From contig CAWDVZ010000019.1 of the NCBI GenBank assembly GCA_963805955.1, positions 49,368 through 113,367 of the forward strand: a DNA stretch of 64,000 nt. The letters are read 5' to 3'. The notes below the pieces were generated by a model that was given only the letters and a program-made list of their open reading frames with translations, ran no database searches and was not told the DNA's origin. The position numbers and the translations under genes were made by a program. Each line of letters begins with the position of its first letter. Position 1 is the stretch's first letter. This document shows positions 9,488-19,704 of this stretch, piece after piece. Origin of the DNA: an uncultured Acidobacteriaceae bacterium (GTDB lineage Bacteria; Acidobacteriota; Terriglobia; Terriglobales; Acidobacteriaceae).

Positions 9488-10655
9488 TCTCCAATTGCTC
9501 CTCCGGCGCTTCTTTCCGCGCCAGCTCCAGGGCCAGAAGAACATAGACGAAATAGTTATAGCGCGGCTGAACAAAGGGCGTTATCGCGGTCAGAATGGCG
9601 TAGATGAGGATTAGGAAAGCGATGGGCCGCTGGGGATTTAACTTGCCCTGTCGATAAGCTACGATCAGCAGCGTTATCAGTGCAATCGAGAACGTGGGAA
9701 TAATAAACAAGGAATGGACGTCGCCAAAACCAAGAAGAGAATACTCGCGCACAAAGGTCAGCGGTCGTAGCAATTCGCCCATCAGGTTCATCAGGATCTT
9801 AGGCGCCAGAACCAGGGGAAACCCGAAATGCTCCTGGATGGTGTCGAGCTTGGCGATCGTATTGGCGTTCTTGGTATATTGCGTGAACGCTCTGAGGCCG
9901 GAGCCCGGCAGCCTGGCAATCAGGCCATACGCCACGGTGAGAACGCCGATAACAATCCCAATCGAAAACCTGGGATTGCGCTTGAACACGGAACCTTTTC
10001 TTTGCAGGAAGAGGTACAGCAGAATAAGTGCAATTTGCTCCCACCGGGCAAACAGTGAGACCAAAAGAACCAAGCCCAGCAGTAGCCAGGAACGTCTCTC
10101 CGAGTAAATGTACTTAGCGAACATAAACGTGGAGAACAGCACCAGGATTTCCTTGTTCAGTGTGACCAGCGCAGGGGCTGTCTCCGAACAAATAACCAGG
10201 AGAAAGACAAGGCGGTACCTGTCCACCCCCGGGATAGTGCAGGCAATCTCGACCGAGATAAAAAAAAGCAAAATATTGAAGAACGCGACGCCAAGTCCGG
10301 TCCTGAAGATCATCCCGATAAATACCGGTCCCAGCAGATTTCCCGAGAATGAAACCAGGTTATTGTGCTCTGCATGTTCTTCGCGGTATTTCACTGCGTC
10401 CCAGTATGTTGGTGAATCCGCACCAAATCGTACATAGTTGTCGTGATTGAGCCGGGGCACCTCCCAATAGAAGAAGCAGCCAAAACAAAAAGCCAGGTAG
10501 AGGCAGAGTGCCCAAATAGCGAACCACTTCTTCAGCGGCCTGGGTTCCACCAGGAGCGAAAGAAACGGGACCCGAATCTTTGGAGTTTCGGTGGATATAA
10601 ACATCGACGGCGCTCGTGGAACCTGCACCGTCGGCATGGGAAGGGTGAACTTCAT
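9417..10655 (-). CDS. Polytopic inner-membrane protein, candidate Wzy-type polymerase
   Basis: At least 9 hydrophobic segments and no recognisable catalytic motif. It is the only polymerase-like protein besides 16257-17629 in a Wzx-containing locus. Its 3' end overlaps the convergent gene by about 70 nt. Confidence 0.4.
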   Translation of the reverse strand: MKFTLPMPTVQVPRAPSMFISTETPKIRVPFLSLLVEPRPLKKWFAIWALCLYLAFCFGCFFYWEVPRLNHDNYVRFGADSPTYWDAVKYREEHAEHNNLVSFSGNLLGPVFIGMIFRTGLGVAFFNILLFFISVEIACTIPGVDRYRLVFLLVICSETAPALVTLNKEILVLFSTFMFAKYIYSERRSWLLLGLVLLVSLFARWEQIALILLYLFLQRKGSVFKRNPRFSIGIVIGVLTVAYGLIARLPGSGLRAFTQYTKNANTIAKLDTIQEHFGFPLVLAPKILMNLMGELLRPLTFVREYSLLGFGDVHSLFIIPTFSIALITLLIVAYRQGKLNPQRPIAFLILIYAILTAITPFVQPRYNYFVYVLLALELARKEAPEEQLEITKAGARSPGFLPPAHPERIGSY

Positions 10656-10729
10656 CCTGAAAGATCATTATATGGGTCCAAGGGAAGTGCAAACCCCTCC
10701 CTTGCGGATCCAGATAGCATGTAAGTTCC

Positions 10730-11824
10730 ATGCGCATCCTCTATGACCATCAGGTCTTTTCCCTGCAGGATGCCGGCGGCGCTTCTCGCTACCATTTTGA
10801 GCTGATCCGAAACCTGCAGGCCTCGGCCGGCGTTGCCCTGGAGTTGCTCATCGGCTTAAACAACTCCGTGATGCCATTCGCCACCCTCCGGCAGCCGAAC
10901 ACCAGGGTGTTCGGCCGTGCCGCAAAGATCAAACCCGGTCTGACCCGCTACGCCCTCAACGAGCTCTTTTCCGCCGCACTCGCGCCGCTCCGGGGAACGG
11001 TGGATATCTACCATCCCACGCTCTACCGAGCTCTTCCCTGGGTGCGTCGCCGGCGCATCGTGGTCACCCACCACGACTGCATCCATGAGCGGTTTCCGCA
11101 CTTGTTCTCCAACGCAGCGTCCATCGTCGAAACCAAGCGAAAGCTTTTCGCGGCAGCCGACGCCATCCTCTGTGTTTCCGCCTCCAGCCGCAACGATCTG
11201 CTTCACTTCTACGATGTCGCGCCGGAGAAGACTCACGTTGTCTATCATGGCTTCTCTCCGCTCCCGGCGCCGGACGCCACTGTCGAAGAACGCCCGCCAT
11301 ATCTCCTGTACGTGGGCTCTCGAGCCGGCTACAAAAACTTCGGCCTCCTGCTCGAGGCCTTTCACCGCAGCGGCTTAGTTGCAAACTACCGTCTCCTGGC
11401 GGTCGGAGGCGGCTCCTTGACTGCAGCAGAACAGCAGCGAATCGCATCGCTCCATCTCACCGGCTCCATCACCGTGATTCCCAAAGCGGAGGATGCCGTC
11501 CTGGCCCGCGCTTACCACGGCGCAGCCCTCTTTATCTATCCCAGTCTGTATGAAGGTTTCGGCTTTCCTCCCCTGGAAGCGATGAGCCTGGGCTGTCCGG
11601 TCCTGGCCAATCGGACCTCGTCCCTCCCCGAGGTTTGCGGGGACGCGGCCTTTTATTTCAATGGCTCCGCGGAGGAACTCTCCCATACCCTGAAGTCAAC
11701 CCTTGAGGACGAGCACCAGCTGGCCATCAAGCGCAAGCTGGGTGAAGATCGGGTGAAGCTGTACGCGTGGAGCTGCTGCGCCCAAAGCACGCTGGACGTA
11801 TACCGCGCCGCCCTAGGCGGTTAG
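10730..11824 (+). CDS. GT4 (GT-B, group 1) glycosyltransferase
   Basis: C-terminal EGFGFPPLEAMSLGCPVLANRTSSLPEVCGDAAFYF (EX7E-type motif). Confidence 0.85.
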   Translation: MRILYDHQVFSLQDAGGASRYHFELIRNLQASAGVALELLIGLNNSVMPFATLRQPNTRVFGRAAKIKPGLTRYALNELFSAALAPLRGTVDIYHPTLYRALPWVRRRRIVVTHHDCIHERFPHLFSNAASIVETKRKLFAAADAILCVSASSRNDLLHFYDVAPEKTHVVYHGFSPLPAPDATVEERPPYLLYVGSRAGYKNFGLLLEAFHRSGLVANYRLLAVGGGSLTAAEQQRIASLHLTGSITVIPKAEDAVLARAYHGAALFIYPSLYEGFGFPPLEAMSLGCPVLANRTSSLPEVCGDAAFYFNGSAEELSHTLKSTLEDEHQLAIKRKLGEDRVKLYAWSCCAQSTLDVYRAALGG

Positions 11825-11875
11825 CGGGACCGAGGAAATCAAGCGCATTGATACCAAACAGGTTAAGATCAAGGG

Positions 11876-13030
11876 ATGGCCCAAAAGGTCCTGATCACGG
11901 GGGGACTCGGGTTCATCGGGCGCGCGCTTGCCCGGACATTGGTCCGGCAAGGGATGACGGTGCGCCTGATGGACAATCTGAGCCCGCAAATCCACGGCGT
12001 GGACTCGCAGCCCGAGCTGGGTGCTCTGCTGGAGAAACATGATGTAGAGGTAATGCGCGGCGACGTTTGCGACCGCAGGGATTGGGTATTGGCCCTGCGC
12101 GATGTTGCTTCCGTGGTGCACCTGGCGGCAGAAACAGGTACCGGCCAATCCATGTACAGGATTGGCGACTACACCAGCACCAATGTCCTGGGCACGGCGC
12201 TGTTGCTCGACGTGCTGGCGAATGACCGTCACGACGTAACAAAATTAGTGCTGGCCTCGTCCCGCTCCGTGTATGGAGAAGGCGCTTACCTGTGCGCCCG
12301 CTGTGGCCTGGTTTACCCTCCCATGCGCAGTCCGGGAAGTCTTCAGGCAAGTCATTGGGACCCCCATTGTCCTTGTTGTACCGGCCCCATTGAACCGGTA
12401 GCCACCCCGGAAACCGCCAGGACCAGCCCTGCATCGGTCTACGCCGCCACCAAGCTGGCTCAGGAAGATCTGGTCCGGATCGCTGCCAACGCGCTCGGCA
12501 TTCCCTTCCTGATTTTCCGCTTACAAAATGTTTATGGAGAAGGCCAATCTCTGAACAACCCTTACACCGGCATACTTTCGATCTTCTCCAATCGAATCCG
12601 GCAGGGCAAAGAGATTGTCCTGTTCGAAGATGGCCACGAAAGCCGCGATTTTGTGCATGTGTCCGATGTCGCCGAGGCAATGGCGTTGGGGCTGACGTCC
12701 GCTGGTGGCGATGGCTTGACCATGAACGTGGGCTCGGGTGTGCAGACTAGCGTGGAAACGATCGCACGCAGTCTAAAACGGCAATTTAAGGATACGAGCG
12801 CCTCACTGGTCGTCTCCGGCCAGTATCGGTTGGGCGATATTCGTCACAACTTTGCCGATATTTCGGGCATCGGGCAGCTGTTGGCCTTTTCGCCAAAAGT
12901 GCCGCTCGAGGAGGGCATCGCCCGCTTTGTTCACTGGGTGAAGACGCAGCCCATTGTCCAAAACGGCGCCGAAGACGGTCTGGACCGCGCCAATCGGGAG
13001 TTGATCGAACGCGGCCTCATGAAGGCCTGA
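11876..13030 (+). CDS. NAD-dependent sugar epimerase/dehydratase (extended SDR) with an inserted Cys4 zinc-ribbon-like segment
   Basis: GGLGFIGRAL Rossmann motif and a YxxxK (YAATK) catalytic pair. The insertion CARCG-x22-CPCC lies at 12293-12379, between the SS..VYG and YxxxK elements. Confidence 0.8.
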   Translation: MAQKVLITGGLGFIGRALARTLVRQGMTVRLMDNLSPQIHGVDSQPELGALLEKHDVEVMRGDVCDRRDWVLALRDVASVVHLAAETGTGQSMYRIGDYTSTNVLGTALLLDVLANDRHDVTKLVLASSRSVYGEGAYLCARCGLVYPPMRSPGSLQASHWDPHCPCCTGPIEPVATPETARTSPASVYAATKLAQEDLVRIAANALGIPFLIFRLQNVYGEGQSLNNPYTGILSIFSNRIRQGKEIVLFEDGHESRDFVHVSDVAEAMALGLTSAGGDGLTMNVGSGVQTSVETIARSLKRQFKDTSASLVVSGQYRLGDIRHNFADISGIGQLLAFSPKVPLEEGIARFVHWVKTQPIVQNGAEDGLDRANRELIERGLMKA

Positions 13031-13034
13031 GCAA

Positions 13035-13580
13035 ATGCTGAAGGCCCTGCTCTATGCAGATCTCGAACGCCAAATGGTGTTGAGCGGCCAGACGGGTGCC
13101 AAAGCTTCCCTGCCCCGCCTCTTGCGCCGGCTCCTTCACCCCAGGTTTTTGCCCATCTTCCTTTACCGGGCCAGCCGGGCGGCTTTTCTTCACCGTGTCC
13201 CCGCTCTACCACATCTGTTGTCTTATTTGAATCAAATTATTTTTGGCATCGAGATCTCCCCCAGATGCGCTATTGGTCCAGGTATATTCTTTCCCCATAC
13301 TTCAGGAACTGTGATCGGCGCATCAAAAATTGGGAGGGACGTCACCATCTTCCAGGGTGTGACCCTCGGAGCCAGGCAAATTGATATGAGCTATGACCTG
13401 TCTCTCAGGCCTGAACTCGGCGATTATGTGGTGGTTGGCGCCGGGGCCAAGGTCCTCGGGGGGATATCATTAGGCGATAATGTCAGAGTGGGCGCAAACT
13501 CCGTCTTGCTCCGGTCTGTGCCTGCAAATTCAACCGTCGCCGGAATTCCTGCGCGCGAAGTCGTCCACTCGTCCGAATAG
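13035..13580 (+). CDS. Hexapeptide-repeat O-acetyltransferase (serine acetyltransferase/CysE-like family)
   Basis: IFGIEISPRCAIGPGIFFPHTSGTVIGASKIGRDVTIFQGVTLG and left-handed beta-helix repeats. Context is the EPS locus. Confidence 0.8.
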   Translation: MLKALLYADLERQMVLSGQTGAKASLPRLLRRLLHPRFLPIFLYRASRAAFLHRVPALPHLLSYLNQIIFGIEISPRCAIGPGIFFPHTSGTVIGASKIGRDVTIFQGVTLGARQIDMSYDLSLRPELGDYVVVGAGAKVLGGISLGDNVRVGANSVLLRSVPANSTVAGIPAREVVHSSE

Positions 13581-13605
13581 AACTGCCTGAGGTTTTGAAA
13601 GTTTG

Positions 13606-14568
13606 ATGAATCTCTTGCTTGACCTAACCATCATTGTCCCCAACTTCAATACCAAAGCGTTGCTGCGGCAGTGCTTAACTTCCATTTACCGCTACACCAA
13701 GGGTATCCGGTTCGAGGTAATCGTCATCGATGATGGGTCTTCCGACGGAAGCCCGGAGATGGTCGAATCGGAATTTCCCGAAGTCATATTGGTGCGCAAC
13801 CCGGTGCCGCTGCTTTACTCCAGGAACAATAACCTGGGCATGAAGATGTCCCGCGCCCGCTATGCCTGCCTGTTGAACAGCGATACCAAGCTGCTGGCAA
13901 ACGCCTTCAAAATGCTGATCACGTTTATGGATGCGCATCCGGAGGCCGCGGCATGCGGTCCCCGGCTGCTTAATCCGGATGGCACCACGCAGTCCTGCGT
14001 TCGCAGCTTTGCCGGCCTCGGGACCATGATCCTACAAGGTCTCAACTGGCATAAGTTCTTTCCTAACGGCCAAGTCTCGAAGAAGTACTATGCCTGTGCT
14101 TTCGATTACTCGCGCGAGCAGCAGGTCGAGAGCCTGGGCACCACTGCCTACGTGCTCCGCCGGGAAACCTGGGAGACTTTCGGCATGTTGGATGAACGGC
14201 TGCCCCATTTCCAGGTCGATCTAGCCTATAACCTGATGTTGCAGCGCAAAGGGTGCAAGATTTACTACACTCCGTCAGCCGAAGTCATTCACTACGGGAG
14301 CCAAAGCATCAACCAGATGCCGAAAAAGAAAATTATCGAGCAGCATAAGGCGATGGTTGACTTCAATGAGCATTACGACTACTTCGGCAAGAGCCGGTTG
14401 CTCAAAATAATGGTACGCGGGGCTGTTGCCGCCCGCTGTATGCTGAAAATCGCGGAATTTCACCTCAGCCCCGATAAACGCGTCATCAAGGGACCTGGAG
14501 CGCCGCGCCTGAATGCCATCGACCGGACCGTCATGCAGCGGGAGGATTTGCGGACCGGCGCCGATTAA
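13606..14568 (+). CDS. Family 2 glycosyltransferase
   Basis: IIVPNFNT...VIVIDDGSSDGS...NSD motifs. Confidence 0.85.
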   Translation: MNLLLDLTIIVPNFNTKALLRQCLTSIYRYTKGIRFEVIVIDDGSSDGSPEMVESEFPEVILVRNPVPLLYSRNNNLGMKMSRARYACLLNSDTKLLANAFKMLITFMDAHPEAAACGPRLLNPDGTTQSCVRSFAGLGTMILQGLNWHKFFPNGQVSKKYYACAFDYSREQQVESLGTTAYVLRRETWETFGMLDERLPHFQVDLAYNLMLQRKGCKIYYTPSAEVIHYGSQSINQMPKKKIIEQHKAMVDFNEHYDYFGKSRLLKIMVRGAVAARCMLKIAEFHLSPDKRVIKGPGAPRLNAIDRTVMQREDLRTGAD

Positions 14569-14683
14569 AGCATTTTTCTAACGGTGTAGACCGGAGAATT
14601 GCGCGTGACGCGGCCATTCCGACAAAGAATGGCCGCACATAACCGACCTCACCAGACCACCGTATTAGAAAAAATGCTTTTAG
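14567..14683. other. Nested palindromic structure: an outer stem of about 17 bp enclosing a perfect 10-bp hairpin
   Basis: AAAGCATTTTTCTAACGG (14567-14584) pairs with CCGTATTAGAAAAAATGCTTT (14661-14683). The inner hairpin is GCGGCCATTC-cgacaaa-GAATGGCCGC (14620-14646). Confidence 0.6.
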
Positions 14684-15069
14684 CCCGGACCTTTTCTTAT
14701 CACCGAAAACTTGATTAAATATCCTCGTTCCCCCGGGGTCAACGTTACGTTGGCGTAGGTTCGGAGGCGCTGGACCAGGAATCTTGCCTGTCATCAGCAC
14801 CAATGTATCGGAGGACCACAAATACTGTTATTTTGGTTAAAAGGCTGAATCGGGAAAAGTTGTTCCCCAGCGCAACATCCTTTTTTGGCACGGGTTCATC
14901 CGTGTACATACTGAGGTGGGGGTTCTGCCCTCACCGCGAACGTGCTTCTAAGCGGTACCTTGGACCCGTTTTCTCGCATTCGGCTAATGGGTTCGCGACC
15001 TCGGCCGATCAAGCAAGTGGCAAGAAAAGAATTGCAGGCAGGCCGTGGGGCGTCGGTTTAGCAAGGAAC

Positions 15070-15126
15070 AGACCCTGAACGACAAGACCCTGAACGAGAA
15101 TTCCGCAAGCGCTCTAAAATTTTAGA
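15070..15126 (+). promoter_or_regulatory. Candidate operator or promoter elements upstream of the priming glycosyltransferase
   Basis: Perfect 13-bp direct repeat AGACCCTGAACGA at 15070-15082 and 15085-15097 (15-bp period). Perfect 14-bp AT-rich palindrome TCTAAAATTTTAGA at 15113-15126. The ATG is at 15144. Confidence 0.4.
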
Positions 15127-15143
15127 ACAGGTCTTAAAAACGC

Positions 15144-15923
15144 ATGGACACTAGCTTTGCTCCCCCGCAGCCCAGCGCGGCCCTGCTTTGGAACGATGTC
15201 GTTGCAGAAGTTAACAGTCATTCGACGACCTTGTTTCCGCCATTTTGCGCTGTGCCCCAGGATCCCACGGCCTACTATGCCGAACCGAGTGCGTGGAGCG
15301 TATCAACGGTTAAGCGCTGCATCGACCTGGCCTTTGCCGCGGTGGCGCTTCTCCTCTTCTGGCCTTTGCTCCTGCTTGCTGCCGTCTTAGTCCGCTACAA
15401 GTCGCCGGGACCTGTCATCTTCCGCCAAAAACGCGTCGGCAGGAATGGTGTTCTCTTTACCGTTTTCAAATTCAGGACCATGTCGATCGACGCCCAGGAC
15501 GATGGGCCCTGCTTGACCAAACGCGGCGACCCCCGGGTAACCAGATTCGGCGGCTTCCTGCGCAAGTACAAACTGGATGAGCTGCCCCAGCTGGTCAATG
15601 TGCTGCGCGGCGACATGAGCCTGGTTGGCCCGCGGCCCAAGTTGCCTCACCTGGAAGTGATGCACATGCCCTTTCGCCCCGGCCTTACCGGAGCCGCAAC
15701 CATCGCTTTCCGTTGTGAAGAAGAGATGCTGCAAGACATTCCCGATGAAGAGCTTGAGGCCTACTACTGCCGCACCATCAAGCCGTTGAAGGCGAAGATC
15801 GATTGGGATTACATGCGTGAAGCTACCCTGGCCAGTGATTTCTCACTGTTGTATGAGACGGCTTTCTGCTGTGTGTCCAGTCGCTCCAACACCTGGGCGG
15901 TCGACTTCTCCAAGTCCGCATAA
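15144..15923 (+). CDS. Undecaprenyl-phosphate sugar phosphotransferase (bacterial sugar transferase, WbaP/EpsB C-terminal type)
   Basis: KRCIDLAFA...PGPVIFRQKRVG..G..F.VFKFRTM...DELPQLVNVLRGDMSLVGPRP signature. Confidence 0.9.
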   Translation: MDTSFAPPQPSAALLWNDVVAEVNSHSTTLFPPFCAVPQDPTAYYAEPSAWSVSTVKRCIDLAFAAVALLLFWPLLLLAAVLVRYKSPGPVIFRQKRVGRNGVLFTVFKFRTMSIDAQDDGPCLTKRGDPRVTRFGGFLRKYKLDELPQLVNVLRGDMSLVGPRPKLPHLEVMHMPFRPGLTGAATIAFRCEEEMLQDIPDEELEAYYCRTIKPLKAKIDWDYMREATLASDFSLLYETAFCCVSSRSNTWAVDFSKSA

Positions 15924-15924
15924 G

Positions 15925-16231
15925 ATGAGCGTTTCCGAGCAGGATGTCGATCGTGTTGCCGAACTCGCGAATCTCGAATTGACGAGTGGCGAGAAGGCGG
16001 CCATGCTCCGTGACCTGAATTCCGTCCTCGACTACTTTGCCCAGCTCAACGAATTGGACACCACTTCGGTTCCCCCCATGGAGCAGGTTGCCGGCCACTT
16101 GACCGAAGGCGCCTCGCAGCATTTGCGGCCAGACGAAATTGCTCCGTCCCTGAACCCGCGAGCGGGTTATGGCTTTTGCTCCGGATACCGACGGCATCTT
16201 CTTCAAAGTGCCGAAAGTCATCGAGCGCTAA
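15925..16231 (+). CDS. gatC: Glu/Asp-tRNA amidotransferase subunit C, with one frameshift as sequenced
   Basis: MSVSEQDVDRVAELANLELT.. is typical of GatC. Removing one C from the run at 16155-16157 restores the canonical tail ..FAPDTDGIFFKVPKVIER*. Confidence 0.85.
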
Positions 16232-16256
16232 GCCGTCGGCGCGGGAGCGGACATTC

Positions 16257-17629
16257 CTAAAGCCTCTTTTTCACCAGATCCATGTGCCATCCCTCGGGCA
16301 CCACGGGGATCACTACCCGCTCTCCTGGTTTTGCTTCCCGCATTCGCATCACTGAGAGTGCAAAGTGATCGTCCGGGTACGGTCCGTAATTCCAGTCGCG
16401 AACGATGCCCACGGACATGATGAGCAGTATGCAGGCCCCGGCTATTTTGAACAGACGATCTCGTGCATAAACCGCGCACCACACTGCGCTCCACACAAAA
16501 GCCAGCATGGGAAAAAACCAGTAGCGGGCGGAATTATCGATGATCAGCCAATCCCATGCCGGCTTATTTCCTGGCGTCAGCGGGCTGTGCAGACAAGCAG
16601 CAAACACACCCCCGCAGTAGAGGAGGAACAACTTCCACTCGAGGTTGGCAAAGCGGAGGCAATAAAAGCAGATGCAAAGACCACTGAGGGCCGCGGGCAC
16701 GATGAACGTCATGGGCGCCAGGCTGGCAAAGGAATAGCTGCCGATCAGCGCGCACGCGACGACATGACCGCCCAGCATGCGCAGAAAGCCCTCTGGCGTC
16801 GCCCCCAGTGCCCCCTGCACCCGGTGAGTACTATGGGTGAGCACCGCGATTTGCGCACACGCCACAGCACTGACCAGCGCGAAAACCACCAGGCTCCAGG
16901 CTGACGCCGCACCCACCAGAAGAGCAGGACTATCGGCGCAAGCACGATACAGTACGGTCCAGTGAGGGCGGCGACCAGGAGAACAACAATATCGAACAGG
17001 CGTCCGCGCCATGTTTGCGGACTACACGCAAACGCCACCAGCGCCGCCGTCAGAGCCAGGTGCCACTGGGTGTTGGTGGCTACCAGGTGAATCTCTCTGG
17101 CATTGGGAAGCGCTACATAAAGAGCGGCTAAGAACATACGGGTGGGCAGCGAAGCCCAGTTGCGAGCGCGCGCCGAAAGCAGAATCGGCACCGGGAGTGC
17201 CTGGGCGAACAAGCCGGCGAGCACCATGACCAGCGGCGCCCACGTGAGCGGCACCAGCAGCGCCAGCCCGGCGGCGAGACGAGGCATGGTGTTGAGGTAG
17301 CCGGCCTGGGGCAACGTGAGGGAGTGCAGCCATCCATCGTTGTAGGCCTGGGCAAACCAGATCGTTCCATCTTCCGCATAGAACTGCGCGTGCGTCAGGA
17401 GCCGCGGGCTGCGGCAGAACAGAGCGATGACTACCAGGCCGAAGGCCACGAATTGCCAACCGGTGCTCAGACCGTCGTGACCGGCGAGCGCTTCCTCCTC
17501 GCGGTTCAGCCAGGATCGTGCTGACTGGAACCAGCGTTGAACTGGTTTATCTTGGTCAGCAAATTTGCGTGCTTCAATCAGTATTGCCTCCAGCGTACCG
17601 GATTTCCTACGCACAGATGCTTTCGTCAC
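16257..17629 (-). CDS. Polytopic membrane protein of unknown function (possible GT-C-type glycosyltransferase or polymerase), with one frameshift as sequenced
   Basis: Two overlapping ORFs (16745-17629 and 16257-17012) are both highly hydrophobic. They join at about 16905 (..LLFWWVRRQ/AWSLVVFAL..) if one base is added. Confidence 0.45.
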
Positions 17630-17645
17630 GAATGATAATAGAAGT

Positions 17646-19078
17646 ATGAATTGGAAGCAGGCCTGTATCTCCGAGGTTCACGCGGCAGTGCGCCATCGGA
17701 AAGCCCAGCGCAACTGAGCTGGCGGAGCTTTGTTTTGCGGAGATCGAAGCACAAAATCCGACTCTCAATGCTTTTCTGGCGCTGAGCCGCGAACGTGCGC
17801 TACATGCAGCCGGGGCCATCGATCGACTGGCCGCAGAGGGAAGTCCGCTGCCTCCCTTGGCCGGCGTTCCTATCGGTATCAAGGACGTGTTGGTGATGAA
17901 GGGTTCGCCGTCGACGGCGGGCTCCCGTATCCTCGAAGGCTATCAGCCGCCCTACGACGCTACCGTGGTCAAGCGTCTCGAAGCTGCGGGTGCGGTCCTG
18001 GTAGGAAAGCTGAATTGCGATGAGTTCGCGATGGGCTCATCGAATGAAAACTCCGGCTACGGACCAGTACGCAACCCAGCCGCCCTCGATCGCGTCCCTG
18101 GTGGTTCCAGCGGCGGGTCGGCCGCAGCGGTGGCTGCGGGTATGGCGGTCGCCACCCTGGGTACCGACACCGGGGGATCTGTTCGCCAGCCCGCATCGTT
18201 CTGCGGCGTCGTGGGAGTGCTCCCGACCTATGGACGTGTATCGCGTTACGGCTTGATCGCCTTTGCCTCCTCGCTCGACCGGGTCGGTCCGCTGACGCGC
18301 ACGGTGCGCGACGCAGCCATTCTTCTCGGTGTGATTGCGGGGCATGATCCTCTGGACGCTACCTCCTGCAGAGTTGCCCGTACCGGATTATGTCCGGTCT
18401 CTCGATCAGCCAGTGAAGGGCCTGCGCGTCGGTGTTCCGGCTGAGTATTTTGGCGAGGGCCTCGATGCCGAGGTTCGCGCCGCGGTAGAATCCGCGATCG
18501 AGCGCCTGCGCGCAGCCGGATGCGAGATTCATTCCGTGTCCTTACCCCACACCAGGTATGCGATTCCAACCTATTACCTGGTGGCCACTGCTGAGGCCAG
18601 TGCAAACCTGGCCAGGTTTGATGGAGTGCGCTATGGCTTCCGTGCCAAAAATGCGAATACCCTGACCGCGATGTATCGCCAGTCGCGCGACATGGGCTTT
18701 GGACCCGAAGTGAAGCGGCGCATCCTGCTCGGCACCTACGCCCTGAGCGCGGGCTATTACGACGCCTACTACAAAAAAGCGCAGCAGGTGCGAACGCTGC
18801 TCACGCGGGATTTTCTCACTGCCTTTCAGCACGTCGATGTGTTGGTGACACCCACTGCGCCGACTCCGGCATTCAAGCTGGGTGAGAAAACTGACGATCC
18901 CCTCTCCATGTACCTGGCGGACATCTACACCGTGACGGCCAGTCTGGCGGGAATTTGCGGAATATCTGTGCCCTGCGGCAAGTCGTCGCAGGGCTTGCCC
19001 ATCGGCGCCCAGATTCTGGGCAAGCATTTCGATGAAGCAACTGTCTTTCGCGCCGCCCAGGCCGTCGAGCAAAGCTAG
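17646..19078 (+). CDS. gatA: Glu/Asp-tRNA amidotransferase subunit A, with two frameshifts as sequenced
   Basis: Amidase signature [12 protein letters not shown] and [10 protein letters not shown]. The frame changes at the A-run 17700-17702 and at about 18365. The joined protein is collinear with GatA from N- to C-terminus. Confidence 0.9.
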
Positions 19079-19661
19079 AGGGGCTGGTAGTATCGCTCCT
19101 CTGGCGCGGCGCAGGAGAGGCAGAGTGTCTGTCCATCCCGCACCAGGAAGCGGTCGTAGTTGATGCCCTCTCCGCATTGAGCGCAGGCCACGCGCTCTCC
19201 CTTGTATCCGGGAAATTCCCTGGCGTCGAGTGTTACCTGCACCCACTGCTCATCGAAGAGGTCTTCGTCGCTCATCTCGCGGTACGCGGCCATTTGCTGC
19301 AGATTCTTGTTTTCTATTTCCGGGTGCAGCTCTCGGGCCAGCGTCTTGGAAGATTCGCGGGCGGCGATGCGGATTGCGCGATGGGTATCGAGGTCCACGA
19401 AGGTCGCGGCCATCTTGCCCCAATCCCGAAACTTGAGCGCCCGTTTACCCAGGCGGCAACCGGTGACGACGCCGATGGCATCGGTAGCGCATCGATCGAT
19501 TTCGACGAAGGTGACCAGGCGCTTCCGATCCCGTCCCCGCGGCTCCTCAATTCCCAGGCGCGCGCATCCCAGCATAGCCAACCGCACCCCCAGCACCTGC
19601 CCGCGCACAGATGTCCATGGGCGATCCTGGCTTCTTCGAGCAATTCCTCAAAACTGGACAT
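19075..19661 (-). CDS. FmdE-family protein with a C-terminal zinc ribbon, with one frameshift as sequenced
   Basis: HGHLCAG..LGVR motif plus CAQCGE...CLSC. A base is missing at about 19605. It shares a palindromic CTAG stop with the convergent gatA. Confidence 0.7.
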
Positions 19662-19704
19662 ATCGATGATAGTATGCGAAGCGGCCTCGTGACCATACCG
19701 CGGT

